This document shows positions 21,398 to 31,760 of a stretch of DNA of 64,000 nucleotides, piece by piece. How positions within the stretch are numbered: the first letter of the stretch is position 1; every line of letters starts with the position of its first letter. Below the pieces are notes generated by a model that searched no databases, was not told where the DNA came from, and saw only the letters and a list, made by a program, of their open reading frames with translations. The stretch lies in sequence record DRR723986_4006, one strand, 5' to 3'. Both the position numbers and the translations under genes were made by a program.

Positions 21398-21431
21398 AAA
21401 AAAGCGTGATTTAAAATAAACCACGCTTTTT
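21398..21431 (-). terminator. Intrinsic terminator
   Basis: AAAAAGCGTG...CACGCTTTTT just downstream of the T9SS cargo gene. Confidence 0.7.
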
Positions 21432-21450
21432 CTAAGTATTGAAATACGTT

Positions 21451-23148
21451 TTACCTAATCACTAATTTCTTAGTAATAGAAGCATTATTTTGCGTAATCT
21501 TTACAATATAAACACCAGTATTTAAATTAGATACATTTAAAGTATTATTTGATAATATTTCGTTTTTAACTTGTTTACCTAGAATATCATAAACCTTAAC
21601 ATTCATTATTTCACTATTCGTTGAAGTGATAGTAACGAAACCTGTATTGGTTGGGTTTGGATATAACGAGAATTTTGAAGTCTCAAAACTGTCTGTAGAT
21701 AAAATCGGTACACTAAAATCAGCTGCATCTCTTGCTGTTAAGAAGTATAGTCCACCACTTCTTTCATTAACAATACCTGTAATGTCTGTTGCTACTGTTG
21801 GTACTGCTGCATTTTGGTCTGCGTAATCTGCACTGAAAAATGTAGATCTGAAATTAAACATATCACCACTTTGATTCATAGCATGCTCAGATCCACCTGC
21901 AAAATTAGGAGTAGAGTTATCCATCGTTACATTAGTAACAGTCACAAGCTCTGATTCATAATTCTCTGGGTTTGTTGCTAAATCTAATAAAGATACTGAT
22001 TGAGGAGTTACAGATCCACCTGGCGTAGATGGAGCACCAGGATCTTGAGAAGGCGTAAATTGCATCATACCACCAAACTCATTTAACTCACCTACTATAC
22101 CCGTAATACCATCACCTATAGCATATGTTGTGGTAATATTACCTGCAGTATCATCTATTAAAATACCACCTGTGGCATCTTGGATAAACTTTTGGTTACG
22201 GAAACCTTGTTGGTATGTTAAAAACGCTTCACCAGTTAATTCATAAAATTGACCTTGCGTGCCACCTCTTAATGCAGCTACTGTTCCAACTTGTGAGACA
22301 GATTCTACGCTAAAGGTAATTGTATCTGAATCTAGTAAACCACCATCAACTAATTCTACCAATACTGTGTAAGACTGCCCATTAGCTGTCATAATCGGAA
22401 AAGGACTTGTCACATCGTTTGTCTGAACTCCATTTACGGTAATATTAACGGTTTCAGTACCATTTAAATTAGCACTGCTGAATTCTAAATCAACATTAGT
22501 TGTTCCTGGTGCTAACGAGGCTCCATTCGCTGGTGAAGTAATGTTTATACTTGGTGGTAATGCTCCTTCAGAAACAACAATATTATCTAAATATATTTCT
22601 TCGCCACCAGCATTATTTATTACGACAACCCTAAGCTGTAAAGTAGAACCACTAATACCGCCTTGAGTGATTGTTGTAGGTCCTGCCCAATCCGTACCGC
22701 CAACTTCTCCAAGTATAGTATGCATGGCATCGCCCAATCCATTCCAATTAGATATTAAAGTAAATGCACCTCCATCTACAGAGTAGTACACATCAAAATA
22801 ATCTAATGGTTCAAAACCACCTGCATTATTATCTCCATCTAAAGAAAAAGTAACATCTGAAGTTGCAGTGGATATATCGATTAATTGTGATTCCCATATT
22901 GCATCTCCATCAACATCTCTAAAGCTTAAACGTTCTCCAGTCACCTTAACCCAGTCAGAGGTCGCAGATAATGTTGCTGCTGAAACATCTAAAGTCCATT
23001 GGCTAACACCAGCAGGATAATCTCCAATATTTCCAGATCCATCAATACCAGTACCTTCAGTGTACGTAGAGAAGTCTTCTGTATAGATTTGCCCTTGCGA
23101 AAAAAATCCTATAAGTAATGTAAAAAGTAAAAAGTAAAATTTTTTCAT
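21451..23148 (-). CDS. T9SS type-A sorting domain secreted protein (Ig-like and OB-fold-like domains)
   Basis: Signal peptide MKKFYF...SQG|Q; C-terminal LYPNP...YDILGK...GVYIVKI...KKLVIR CTD; start moved to ATG 23148. Confidence 0.88.
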   Translation of the reverse strand: MKKFYFLLFTLLIGFFSQGQIYTEDFSTYTEGTGIDGSGNIGDYPAGVSQWTLDVSAATLSATSDWVKVTGERLSFRDVDGDAIWESQLIDISTATSDVTFSLDGDNNAGGFEPLDYFDVYYSVDGGAFTLISNWNGLGDAMHTILGEVGGTDWAGPTTITQGGISGSTLQLRVVVINNAGGEEIYLDNIVVSEGALPPSINITSPANGASLAPGTTNVDLEFSSANLNGTETVNITVNGVQTNDVTSPFPIMTANGQSYTVLVELVDGGLLDSDTITFSVESVSQVGTVAALRGGTQGQFYELTGEAFLTYQQGFRNQKFIQDATGGILIDDTAGNITTTYAIGDGITGIVGELNEFGGMMQFTPSQDPGAPSTPGGSVTPQSVSLLDLATNPENYESELVTVTNVTMDNSTPNFAGGSEHAMNQSGDMFNFRSTFFSADYADQNAAVPTVATDITGIVNERSGGLYFLTARDAADFSVPILSTDSFETSKFSLYPNPTNTGFVTITSTNSEIMNVKVYDILGKQVKNEILSNNTLNVSNLNTGVYIVKITQNNASITKKLVIR

Positions 23149-23377
23149 AATTGATTTAATAAAATTAGGATGTAAATATACTAACAAATACTGAGTTTTA
23201 GGGTAGGTATTTATTAACAAAACGCTTTTTTACAATAACTTAACATAAGTTGATATTCCCTAGTTTAAGGGAAGTGAAACTTTAGTTTTAATGTTAGCTA
23301 ATTGTTATCAATTTTAAAAATCAGGGTCTTAAGTAAGATAAATTTTATCTTTACAGAACAGAATTAAACCACTTACT

Positions 23378-24061
23378 GTGAAGAAAAAAGATATTAAGAT
23401 CTTACTGGTAGATGATGAACCAGATATTTTAGAAATAGTTGGATTCAATTTGTCATCTGAAGGTTATCAAATTATAACCGGTGAAAATGGAAAAGAAGCC
23501 GTTGAATTGGCAATGAAACATAAACCACAACTGATTATATTAGATGTTATGATGCCTGTAATGGATGGTATAGAGGCATGTGAAAAAATTCGAGAGAACT
23601 CCAAATTAAATAATACAATAATTACATTTTTAACTGCTAGAGGTGAGGACTATTCACAAGTAGCAGGTTTTGATGCAGGTGCAGATGATTATATTACCAA
23701 ACCAATAAAACCAAAAGTGTTGGTTAGTAAAGTTAAGGCACTATTAAGGAGATTTAAAGATTCAGATTATAGTGCAGAAAATATTGCAATTGGCGATTTG
23801 ATTATTAATCGAGAAGAATATAAAATCACTAAAAACGGAAAGGAAATTTTATTACCTAGAAAAGAGTTTGAATTATTATCTTTATTAGCAACTAAACCTG
23901 GTAAAGTTTTTAAACGCGACGAAATCTTAGATAAAGTATGGGGCAATGAGGTTGTTGTGGGAGGCAGAACCATAGATGTACATATAAGAAAATTGCGTGA
24001 AAAAATCGGTGACGATTCTTTTAAAACAGTTAAAGGTGTAGGATACAAGTTCGTAAACTAA
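23378..24061 (+). CDS. OmpR/PhoB-family response regulator (PhoP-like)
   Basis: LLVDDE, LDVMMP, ADDYITKP, winged helix RTIDVHIRKLREK. Confidence 0.93.
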   Translation: MKKKDIKILLVDDEPDILEIVGFNLSSEGYQIITGENGKEAVELAMKHKPQLIILDVMMPVMDGIEACEKIRENSKLNNTIITFLTARGEDYSQVAGFDAGADDYITKPIKPKVLVSKVKALLRRFKDSDYSAENIAIGDLIINREEYKITKNGKEILLPRKEFELLSLLATKPGKVFKRDEILDKVWGNEVVVGGRTIDVHIRKLREKIGDDSFKTVKGVGYKFVN

Positions 24062-25101
24062 TGCAGAAAAACCTTAGGAAAACGTATAAGTTTGCCCTAA
24101 AAACATCGTTGTATGTAACGTTGTTTGCTACACTCTTAGTGAGTGTTTTTTTATATTACTATCATTCATTTAATTGGCAGGTAATATTTTTTCCGATTAT
24201 TTGTTATCCCTTATGTTTTATTATTATTCAATATAGAGTAGAGCGATTCATTTATCGAAGAGTTAAAAAAATCTATGATGAACTCACACTATTAGAATCA
24301 ACAGATTTAAGAGAACAACCTATCACTACAGATATGGGTACTCTTACGAGAGAGATAGATAAATACGCTCGAACTAAAAAAATTGAAATTGAAACATTAA
24401 AAATTAGAGAAGAGTACAGAAAAGAATTTATTGGTAATGTTTCTCATGAACTTAAAACCCCACTTTTTACTGTACAAGGATATATCGATACCATCTTAGA
24501 TGGTAATATTGAGGATGAAAAAATTAGAAATAAATATCTAAATAGAGCCAGTAAAGGTGTTGAGCGACTAATTTATATTATTAAAGATTTAGATATGATT
24601 ACCAAACTAGAAGTTGGTGATCTCAGTCTTGATAAAGAAGAGTTTGATATTGTTAAACTCGTACAAAATGTATTCGAATTATTTGAGATGAAATCCGCAA
24701 AGAAAAGTATAACATTAACTTTTGATATGGATTATCCTCAGCCAATTATGGTATATGCAGATAAAGAACGTATACAACAAGTGCTTACCAATTTAATTGT
24801 GAACTCAATAAAATACGGGCGTGAAAAAGGTACTACTGAAGTTAGTATAGAAAACCTGATAAAAAATAAAGCTATTATTAGAATCACTGATAATGGTGAA
24901 GGTATTTCTAAGGAAAATTTGCCACGATTATTCGAACGATTTTATAGAGTTGATAAAAGCGGCTCAAGGAAAGAAGGAGGTTCCGGTCTTGGATTATCTA
25001 TTGTTAAGCATATTATTGAAGCTCATCAAGAGAAAATTTATGTCGAAAGTCAATTAGGAGTTGGTAGTGAATTTTCGTTTACCCTAGAAAAGGTTAAATA
25101 G
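24061..25101 (+). CDS. Sensor histidine kinase (PhoR-like, HisKA)
   Basis: NVSHELKTPL H-box, NSIKY, DNGEGI, FYRVD, GSGLGL. Confidence 0.93.
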   Translation: MQKNLRKTYKFALKTSLYVTLFATLLVSVFLYYYHSFNWQVIFFPIICYPLCFIIIQYRVERFIYRRVKKIYDELTLLESTDLREQPITTDMGTLTREIDKYARTKKIEIETLKIREEYRKEFIGNVSHELKTPLFTVQGYIDTILDGNIEDEKIRNKYLNRASKGVERLIYIIKDLDMITKLEVGDLSLDKEEFDIVKLVQNVFELFEMKSAKKSITLTFDMDYPQPIMVYADKERIQQVLTNLIVNSIKYGREKGTTEVSIENLIKNKAIIRITDNGEGISKENLPRLFERFYRVDKSGSRKEGGSGLGLSIVKHIIEAHQEKIYVESQLGVGSEFSFTLEKVK

Positions 25102-26133
25102 TTTTGCGAAATTTGCGGTCACTTCTTGGTGTTTAAATCCTGTATAATTTTTTATCTCCTTTAAATCATCTACCTTAAAATAATCTTGTGTGCAAAATGG
25201 TGCAATGTTTTCTCCTTTAAACTTTTTAGCTAAATATTCCTGTTCATACTGTCCAGGTGTAGGAATAAAAAAAGCTTTTTTTTCAAGTTTATCTAAATCC
25301 ATAATTGTAGTATATCCAGATCTACACAGCACAATTTCACTCTTGTTCATCGCTTCTTCAAGCTCTGAACTCGTCATGTAATTGTAAATGGTTATGTGTT
25401 TATTTTGTGTTACAATTTGTTCATTTTCAACCATACCTCTTACTACCAGAATGTTGCCCTTATAATGTTGTAATTCTATCAGAAGCTTTTCTTCTAATAG
25501 CGTACGTTGAGGTTCCGGGCCAGACAAAACGACTAATAATTGATATTCTAATGGTAAATCTTTTTTATTAAATCTACTGAGTGGATCTAGATATTTAAGA
25601 TTTATATGTTCTAGTTCTGTATGACCCAAGTCACCACTTAGATTTTCTGCTCCAGGATAATCTGGCACCCAGCATTCATTAAATTTTGAAATAATTTTTT
25701 GATGCAGTCTACTACTTAACCAGGTGGTGGAGCCACTTAAAACTTGCAATTGATGCGTTATAAAAACCGATGGAATAGCCATATGTCTTACACCAAATCG
25801 ATTATCAGAGATTATCCCAATGACCTGTTCAGACTCAACGATAGCTTTTACTACTTTTCTCTCTTTCTTAATAGTGTTTAATAATCTTGGTAAATCTTTT
25901 AATAGCTTAAGTTTAAAATTAGATGCTTTTCTAGAATAAGAAATATTATAAGAAGGTAATTCAAAAAACGTTAATTCTGGAAATTCCTTTTTCAACAAGT
26001 CTAAAGCTATTCCGTCACTAGCTATAAGAGGAGTGTAATTGTGTTCAATTAACGCATTTATTATTGGTATACATCGCGTAGCATGGCCTAAGCCCCAATT
26101 TAATGGTGCCACTAAAATACGTTTGTTGTGCAG
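25084..26133 (-). CDS. Glycosyltransferase (GT28/MurG-like); start uncertain, possibly CTG
   Basis: KRILVAPLNWGLGHATR, ISDNRFG, RSGYTTIMDL, PTPGQYEQ; the conserved strand extends upstream of GTG 26112. Confidence 0.85.
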   Translation of the reverse strand: MHNKRILVAPLNWGLGHATRCIPIINALIEHNYTPLIASDGIALDLLKKEFPELTFFELPSYNISYSRKASNFKLKLLKDLPRLLNTIKKERKVVKAIVESEQVIGIISDNRFGVRHMAIPSVFITHQLQVLSGSTTWLSSRLHQKIISKFNECWVPDYPGAENLSGDLGHTELEHINLKYLDPLSRFNKKDLPLEYQLLVVLSGPEPQRTLLEEKLLIELQHYKGNILVVRGMVENEQIVTQNKHITIYNYMTSSELEEAMNKSEIVLCRSGYTTIMDLDKLEKKAFFIPTPGQYEQEYLAKKFKGENIAPFCTQDYFKVDDLKEIKNYTGFKHQEVTANFAKLFNLF

Positions 26134-26244
26134 ATTTTGGTTCAGTAGTAATTAGTTGAAATATGAGATTCAGAAACAAAGATAAACCTAAAATGTTTCC
26201 TTAATTTTACACCATTATTACAAATATTAGAATTTAATATAACA

Positions 26245-26919
26245 GTGGGAAGCAAAAACAAACTCAAACGCTTTAAGGAGAACGAGTCATTTGATAACGT
26301 TTATCAACCAAAAAGAGATGAACTTATAAATGGGAATTACGAGTTAAAAGGAAATTGGCTAAAAGATGTATTTAAAAACAATAACCCAATTGTTTTAGAA
26401 TTAGGCTGTGGTAAAGGAGAATACACAGTTGGATTGGCAAAACGTTATCCGGAGAAAAACTTTATTGGTATAGACATTAAAGGTGCTCGTTTTTGGAGAG
26501 GTGCTAAAACGGCTGTAGAAGAAAACATTCCTAATGTTGCATTTGTAAGAACACAGATAGAACTTATTGAATATGTTTTTGCTCAGAATGAAGTTGACGA
26601 AATCTGGATTACTTTTCCAGATCCACAGATTAAGTACAAAAGGACCAAACATAGAATGACTAATATGCAATTTCTAGAGCGCTACAGAAAAGTGCTAAAA
26701 CCAAATGGCCTTATGCATTTAAAAACTGATAGTGAGTTTATGCATGGTTATACTTTAGGGTTATTGCATGGTCTTGGTCATGAGGTGTTATATGCTAATC
26801 ACAATGTGTACAAATTAGAAGGAAGTCCAGAAGAGGTTACTCAAATTCAAACCTTCTATGAAAACCAATATTTAGAGCAAGACAAAGCAATTACGTATAT
26901 TAGATTTAAAATCAACTAA
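26245..26919 (+). CDS. trmB: tRNA (guanine-N7)-methyltransferase
   Basis: LELGCGKG, ITFPDP, HLKTD. Confidence 0.95.
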   Translation: MGSKNKLKRFKENESFDNVYQPKRDELINGNYELKGNWLKDVFKNNNPIVLELGCGKGEYTVGLAKRYPEKNFIGIDIKGARFWRGAKTAVEENIPNVAFVRTQIELIEYVFAQNEVDEIWITFPDPQIKYKRTKHRMTNMQFLERYRKVLKPNGLMHLKTDSEFMHGYTLGLLHGLGHEVLYANHNVYKLEGSPEEVTQIQTFYENQYLEQDKAITYIRFKIN

Positions 26920-26922
26920 AAT

Positions 26923-27552
26923 TTGAGTATTACTGTCGTATTCTTCTTAGGACTTTTTGTGGCACTAATTGGTGTTATTCCACCCGGTTTATTAAATATG
27001 ACTGCTGCCAGAATAAGCCTTAAAGAAGGTGCTGGACGCGGCATAATGTTCTCTACAGGAGTTTGCATTGTAGTCTTTGCTCAAACCTATATTGCGGCTA
27101 TTTTTGCCAGATACTTATCAAATAGACCAGATATCGTTGAGATTTTACAGCGCGTCGCTTTTGTGATTTTTGTCCTAATTACCATTTACTTTTTAGTATT
27201 AGCATCAAAACAAAAAGAAGCTAAAGTAGAAACGGAAATAAAAAGCAAACATGGTAGACTTTTGCATGGTATGCTTCTGTCTGCATTGAATGTTTTTCCG
27301 ATACCATACCAAGCCTATATGACCATTACATTAGCATCTTTCGGATGGATGGATTTTGAGCGTACCAGTATCGTAACCTATGTTACAGGTGCAGCAATGG
27401 GCACATTTGTAATGCTTTACTTTTATATATTCTTTTTTGATAAGATTAAGGATAAAAAAATAACATCTCAAAAAAGTATGAACTACAGTATTGGCGCAAT
27501 TACAGGTTTGGTAGCGTTAATTACATTTATTAATATATTGAGAGAACTGTAA
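26923..27552 (+). CDS. LysE-family transporter
   Basis: IPPGLLN motif, six TM helices. Confidence 0.8.
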   Translation: MSITVVFFLGLFVALIGVIPPGLLNMTAARISLKEGAGRGIMFSTGVCIVVFAQTYIAAIFARYLSNRPDIVEILQRVAFVIFVLITIYFLVLASKQKEAKVETEIKSKHGRLLHGMLLSALNVFPIPYQAYMTITLASFGWMDFERTSIVTYVTGAAMGTFVMLYFYIFFFDKIKDKKITSQKSMNYSIGAITGLVALITFINILREL

Positions 27553-27884
27553 TGAAACCTGAAAATCTTGGTTTTTTTGAAAAAGTGTATAAGGTTGTCA
27601 GACAAATTCCTTTTGGTCGAGTGACAAGTTACGGAGCCATTGCAAAATATCTAGGAGCGGCTAAAAGTGCCAGAATTGTAGGTTATGCAATGAACAGTTC
27701 TCATGATAAAGACGTGCCAGCCCATAGAGTAGTGAATAGAAAGGGTCTACTGACAGGAAAGCATCACTTTCAAGGCACCAATTTAATGCAACAACTACTC
27801 GAAAATGAAGGTATTAAAGTGATAGATAATCAGATTCAAAACCTAGAATCGGTCTATTGGGATCCTTCTAAAGAACTTGCTTGA
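27552..27884 (+). CDS. MGMT-family alkyltransferase-like protein
   Basis: IPFGRVTSYGAIA, PAHRVVN (active-site Cys replaced by Ala, ATL type). Confidence 0.88.
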   Translation: MKPENLGFFEKVYKVVRQIPFGRVTSYGAIAKYLGAAKSARIVGYAMNSSHDKDVPAHRVVNRKGLLTGKHHFQGTNLMQQLLENEGIKVIDNQIQNLESVYWDPSKELA

Positions 27885-27992
27885 AGCTAACTATTTACAA
27901 ACCTAATTAACCTATTGTCCAATTCAATTTTAGAGCTTCAAAATCTAAAGGTTTTACAGTATCTTTGCGTTTAGAATAAATCTAGATAAGAC

Positions 27993-29132
27993 GTGAAGTT
28001 AAATAAACAAGATATACTCAATGCACTAAAAACAATAACAGTACCTGGTGAAGGTGAGAATATGCTAGATAGTGGTGCAGTTACAAATGTAGTTACGTTT
28101 GCAGATGAGGTTATAGTAGACATAACTATAAAAAATCCAAGTCTACAGGCCAAAAAGAAAACTGAGGTTGAAATTCTACAAACCATTCATAGAGATGTTT
28201 ATGAAAAGGCAAAGATTAAAGTTAACATAAAAGTTGATGCGCCTGCAAAACCAGCTACAAATGAAATAAAAGGAAAACCAATTCCTGGAATTCAGAATAT
28301 AATTACTGTTGCTTCAGGAAAAGGTGGTGTTGGTAAATCTACAGTTACCGCAAATCTTGCAGTCACTTTAGCTAAAATGGGTTTTAAAGTTGGTGTTTTA
28401 GACGCAGATATATATGGACCATCAATTCCTATTATGTTTGATGTTGCCGAAGAACGACCATTATCAGTTAATGTAGGCGGAAAATCAAAAATGAAACCTG
28501 TAGAAAACTATGGAGTTAAAGTTTTGTCTATTGGTTTTTTTACTAAACCAGATCAGGCCGTAATTTGGAGAGGACCAATGGCATCTAAAGCCTTAAATCA
28601 AATGATTTTTGATGCCGCTTGGGGAGAATTAGATTTCTTATTAATTGATTTGCCACCAGGAACAGGAGATATCCATTTAAGTATTATGCAGGCATTACCA
28701 ATAACTGGTTCAGTTGTAGTGAGTACACCTCAGAATGTAGCCTTAGCAGATGCTAAAAAAGGTGTGGCAATGTTTCAACAAGATAGTATTAATGTACCTG
28801 TGTTAGGTATTATTGAGAATATGGCCTATTTTACTCCGGCAGAACTTCCGGATAATAAATATTATATATTTGGAAAAGAGGGTGCTAAACATTTAGCGGA
28901 AGATTTAAATGTTCCGTTTTTAGGTGAAGTACCTTTGGTACAAAGTATAAGAGAGGCTGGTGATGTAGGAAGGCCAGCTGCTTTGCAAACAGCTACACAA
29001 ATAGAAGAATCATTCGAAGAAATTACAAAAGCTGTTGTGCAGCAAGTAGTTGATAGAAATGAAGCCTTGCCAGCAACTGAGGCAATAAAAATCACAACAA
29101 TGGCAGGTTGCTCTGCAGTAAATAAAAAGTAA
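27993..29132 (+). CDS. mrp: Mrp/NBP35 Fe-S carrier ATPase
   Basis: SGKGGVGKST, DADIYGPS, WRGPM, DLPPGTGD, ENM; -7 box TATCTTTG at 27960. Confidence 0.93.
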   Translation: MKLNKQDILNALKTITVPGEGENMLDSGAVTNVVTFADEVIVDITIKNPSLQAKKKTEVEILQTIHRDVYEKAKIKVNIKVDAPAKPATNEIKGKPIPGIQNIITVASGKGGVGKSTVTANLAVTLAKMGFKVGVLDADIYGPSIPIMFDVAEERPLSVNVGGKSKMKPVENYGVKVLSIGFFTKPDQAVIWRGPMASKALNQMIFDAAWGELDFLLIDLPPGTGDIHLSIMQALPITGSVVVSTPQNVALADAKKGVAMFQQDSINVPVLGIIENMAYFTPAELPDNKYYIFGKEGAKHLAEDLNVPFLGEVPLVQSIREAGDVGRPAALQTATQIEESFEEITKAVVQQVVDRNEALPATEAIKITTMAGCSAVNKK

Positions 29133-29372
29133 ATGAGCTCAGAAGAACTTAAAGTAAATGTGCAAAAAGCACTAGATGAAATCCGTCCGTTTTTGCAAAG
29201 TGATGGTGGAGATATAAACTTACTTTCTATAGACGATGACAAACTAGTTAAAGTACAGTTAGTAGGCGCCTGTACCTCTTGCAGTGTCAATCAAATGACT
29301 TTAAAATCTGGTGTAGAAATGACAATAAAGAAGCATGCTCCACAAATAGAACGCGTTATTAATGTAGAATAG
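29133..29372 (+). CDS. NifU-like (Nfu) Fe-S carrier
   Basis: IRPFLQSDGGD, GACTSC (CxxC). Confidence 0.92.
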   Translation: MSSEELKVNVQKALDEIRPFLQSDGGDINLLSIDDDKLVKVQLVGACTSCSVNQMTLKSGVEMTIKKHAPQIERVINVE

Positions 29373-29376
29373 TGAA

Positions 29377-29392
29377 TGTGACATTTGTCACA
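29377..29392. promoter_or_regulatory. CRP/FNR-family-type operator
   Basis: TGTGA-CATTTG-TCACA palindrome upstream of a -7 box TAGTTTTG (29414-29421). Confidence 0.55.
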
Positions 29393-29438
29393 ATTTCTTT
29401 CAAAAGCCATTAGTAGTTTTGTTTCCAATTCTAAATTC

Positions 29439-30494
29439 ATGATTACAACAGATATACTTATAATAGGCGCTGGTCCAACAGGACTTTTTACAGTTTTTGA
29501 AGCTGGTCTTTTAAAATTAAAGTGCCATTTAATTGATGCATTGCCACAACCAGGAGGCCAATGTTCTGAGATTTATCCTAAAAAGCCCATTTACGATATT
29601 CCTGCCTATCCAGAGATTTTAGCAGGTGATTTAACGGATAAATTAATGGAGCAATGCAAGCAGTTTGAACCTGGTTTTACGCTTGGTGAACGTGCTGAAA
29701 CTATTGATAAACAAGAAGATGGTACATTTATTGTAACAACAAATAAAGGAACTAAACACCAAGCTCCAGTTGTTGCAATTGCTGGTGGGTTGGGTAGTTT
29801 TGAGCCGCGTAAACCACTTATAGATAATATTGCAGACTTTGAAGATAAAGGTGTTGAGTATATGATTAAAGAACCAGAAATGTATCGCAACAAAAGAGTT
29901 GTGATAGCTGGTGGAGGTGACTCAGCATTAGATTGGAGTATATTTTTAGCGGATGTGGCGTCTAGTGTTACTTTAGTTCATAGACGAAATGAGTTTAGAG
30001 GTCATTTAGATTCTGTTGAAAAAGTTCAGGAATTAAAAAACGAAGGAAAAATAAATTTAATTACTCCTGCTGAAATTACTGCTATTAATGGCGTAGATAA
30101 AGTAGAAAGTGTTGAGATTACTAAGAAAGATGAAGACCCTGTTATTATAGAAACAGATCATTTTATTCCTTTGTTTGGTTTATCACCAAAACTTGGTCCA
30201 ATAGCAAATTGGGGACTTGAAATTGAAAAGAATGCTATAAAAGTCAATAATGCTTTAGATTATCAAACGAATATACCTGGTATTTTTGCGATTGGCGATG
30301 TTAATACTTATCCAGGAAAATTAAAGCTCATACTTTGTGGTTTTCATGAAGCGACTTTAATGTGTCAAGCGGCTTATCAGATTATAAATCCAGGAAAGCG
30401 ATATGTATTAAAATATACAACAGTAAGTGGTGTAGATGGTTTTGACGGTACGCGTAAGGAAGCACCAAAGGCAGTTGTAAAAGCAATAGATTAA
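29439..30494 (+). CDS. Ferredoxin--NADP+ reductase (TrxR-type)
   Basis: GAGPTG, GGQC..IYP.K.IYD, GGGDSALD, HRR, GD; no redox CxxC; start at MITTD. Confidence 0.9.
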   Translation: MITTDILIIGAGPTGLFTVFEAGLLKLKCHLIDALPQPGGQCSEIYPKKPIYDIPAYPEILAGDLTDKLMEQCKQFEPGFTLGERAETIDKQEDGTFIVTTNKGTKHQAPVVAIAGGLGSFEPRKPLIDNIADFEDKGVEYMIKEPEMYRNKRVVIAGGGDSALDWSIFLADVASSVTLVHRRNEFRGHLDSVEKVQELKNEGKINLITPAEITAINGVDKVESVEITKKDEDPVIIETDHFIPLFGLSPKLGPIANWGLEIEKNAIKVNNALDYQTNIPGIFAIGDVNTYPGKLKLILCGFHEATLMCQAAYQIINPGKRYVLKYTTVSGVDGFDGTRKEAPKAVVKAID

Positions 30495-30830
30495 TTGGAA
30501 GAACAAGACATAAACATAACCATAATAGATAGAGATGGTGTAAAACACAATGTTGAAGCACCAACAGATATGGCCATGAATCTTATGGAAGTGGTGCGTT
30601 CTTACGAGCTTGCTCCAGAAGGTACTATTGGTATTTGTGGTGGTATGGCAATGTGTGCCTCTTGCCAATGTTATGTCCTAAGCGAAACAGAATTACCAGA
30701 AATGCAAGACGATGAAGAAGCTATGCTGTCTGAGGCATTTTATGTAAAAGATAATTCACGTTTAGGATGTCAAATTCCTATGACACCAGAAATGGAAGGA
30801 TTGGAAGTAGAGTTGGCGCCAGAATCTTAA
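30495..30830 (+). CDS. 2Fe-2S ferredoxin (adrenodoxin type)
   Basis: CGGMAMCASC...SRLGCQ. Confidence 0.92.
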   Translation: MEEQDINITIIDRDGVKHNVEAPTDMAMNLMEVVRSYELAPEGTIGICGGMAMCASCQCYVLSETELPEMQDDEEAMLSEAFYVKDNSRLGCQIPMTPEMEGLEVELAPES

Positions 30831-30834
30831 AATT

Positions 30835-31731
30835 TTATTCAGTTTTATAATCTATTAAAGGTGTAGGTCCTTCCAATAGTACTCTTACAATTTGAAGTAC
30901 ACCATCTTCGTTAGTAGCAATCTGCCATTTAATCAATGAAATTTTACCATTTTCAATCTCAAGACCTGTGATACTTCGTGGATGAACACAACTTCCATCA
31001 TTAAAAAAAGCGATATCTCCAGGTTCAGGAAAGCGCGGTCTGTGTGTATGACCAGCAATGGTAATTAAATTATCATTTTCAGTAATCCATTTTTTGGTAC
31101 GGCGTTCTACTTTAATAAGCTCTTTATAGTTTTTCGCCGGACTCGTAGGGTCTGCAATACCCATAACATTTAAGGGTTTCCAAAGTATTCTTACCATAAA
31201 ACGACTCCACTTCCAAAATAAATAGTTCCACCAATCGGCTTGGTGACCATGACATAAGAATAATTCTTGTTCGGTTTCAGAATGCTTCAATATAATACCT
31301 TCATGATATTTGATATCGCAAAATAGATCTTCGTCTTTACCAGTTTTTGGATCAAAATAGGTGTTGAGGTACTTCTCAACATATTTTTCATTTCTATAAA
31401 CCATGTCATGATTTCCCCAAATCATATGTAATCTACCTTCATCATGAAACTGCTTCATGAGTAGATAAACGTTTTTATGTGCAAATAGAAGAGATTCAAA
31501 AGAGAGATTTTCCCATAATTCGTCACCATCACCTAATTCGCAATATTGAAATCCTTCCTGGTAATAATGCTTTAAGGCATGAAAGTAGATGTTACGATTG
31601 TTGGCAAAATCGTCTGCAAAACTATTATCACCGCGATGACAATCACTAAATAAAATAAACTTAGAGGTGTTGTTAAATGTAATGCGCTTGGCATTATTAA
31701 AGGCACGGGCTAATCTTGTTTTTGTAGACAT
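30835..31731 (-). CDS. Metallophosphoesterase
   Basis: DCH, GD, GNHD, HG and GHTH motifs. Confidence 0.88.
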   Translation of the reverse strand: MSTKTRLARAFNNAKRITFNNTSKFILFSDCHRGDNSFADDFANNRNIYFHALKHYYQEGFQYCELGDGDELWENLSFESLLFAHKNVYLLMKQFHDEGRLHMIWGNHDMVYRNEKYVEKYLNTYFDPKTGKDEDLFCDIKYHEGIILKHSETEQELFLCHGHQADWWNYLFWKWSRFMVRILWKPLNVMGIADPTSPAKNYKELIKVERRTKKWITENDNLITIAGHTHRPRFPEPGDIAFFNDGSCVHPRSITGLEIENGKISLIKWQIATNEDGVLQIVRVLLEGPTPLIDYKTE

Positions 31732-31760
31732 TGATAGCGTTTCAACTAAAATAGCAAAAC

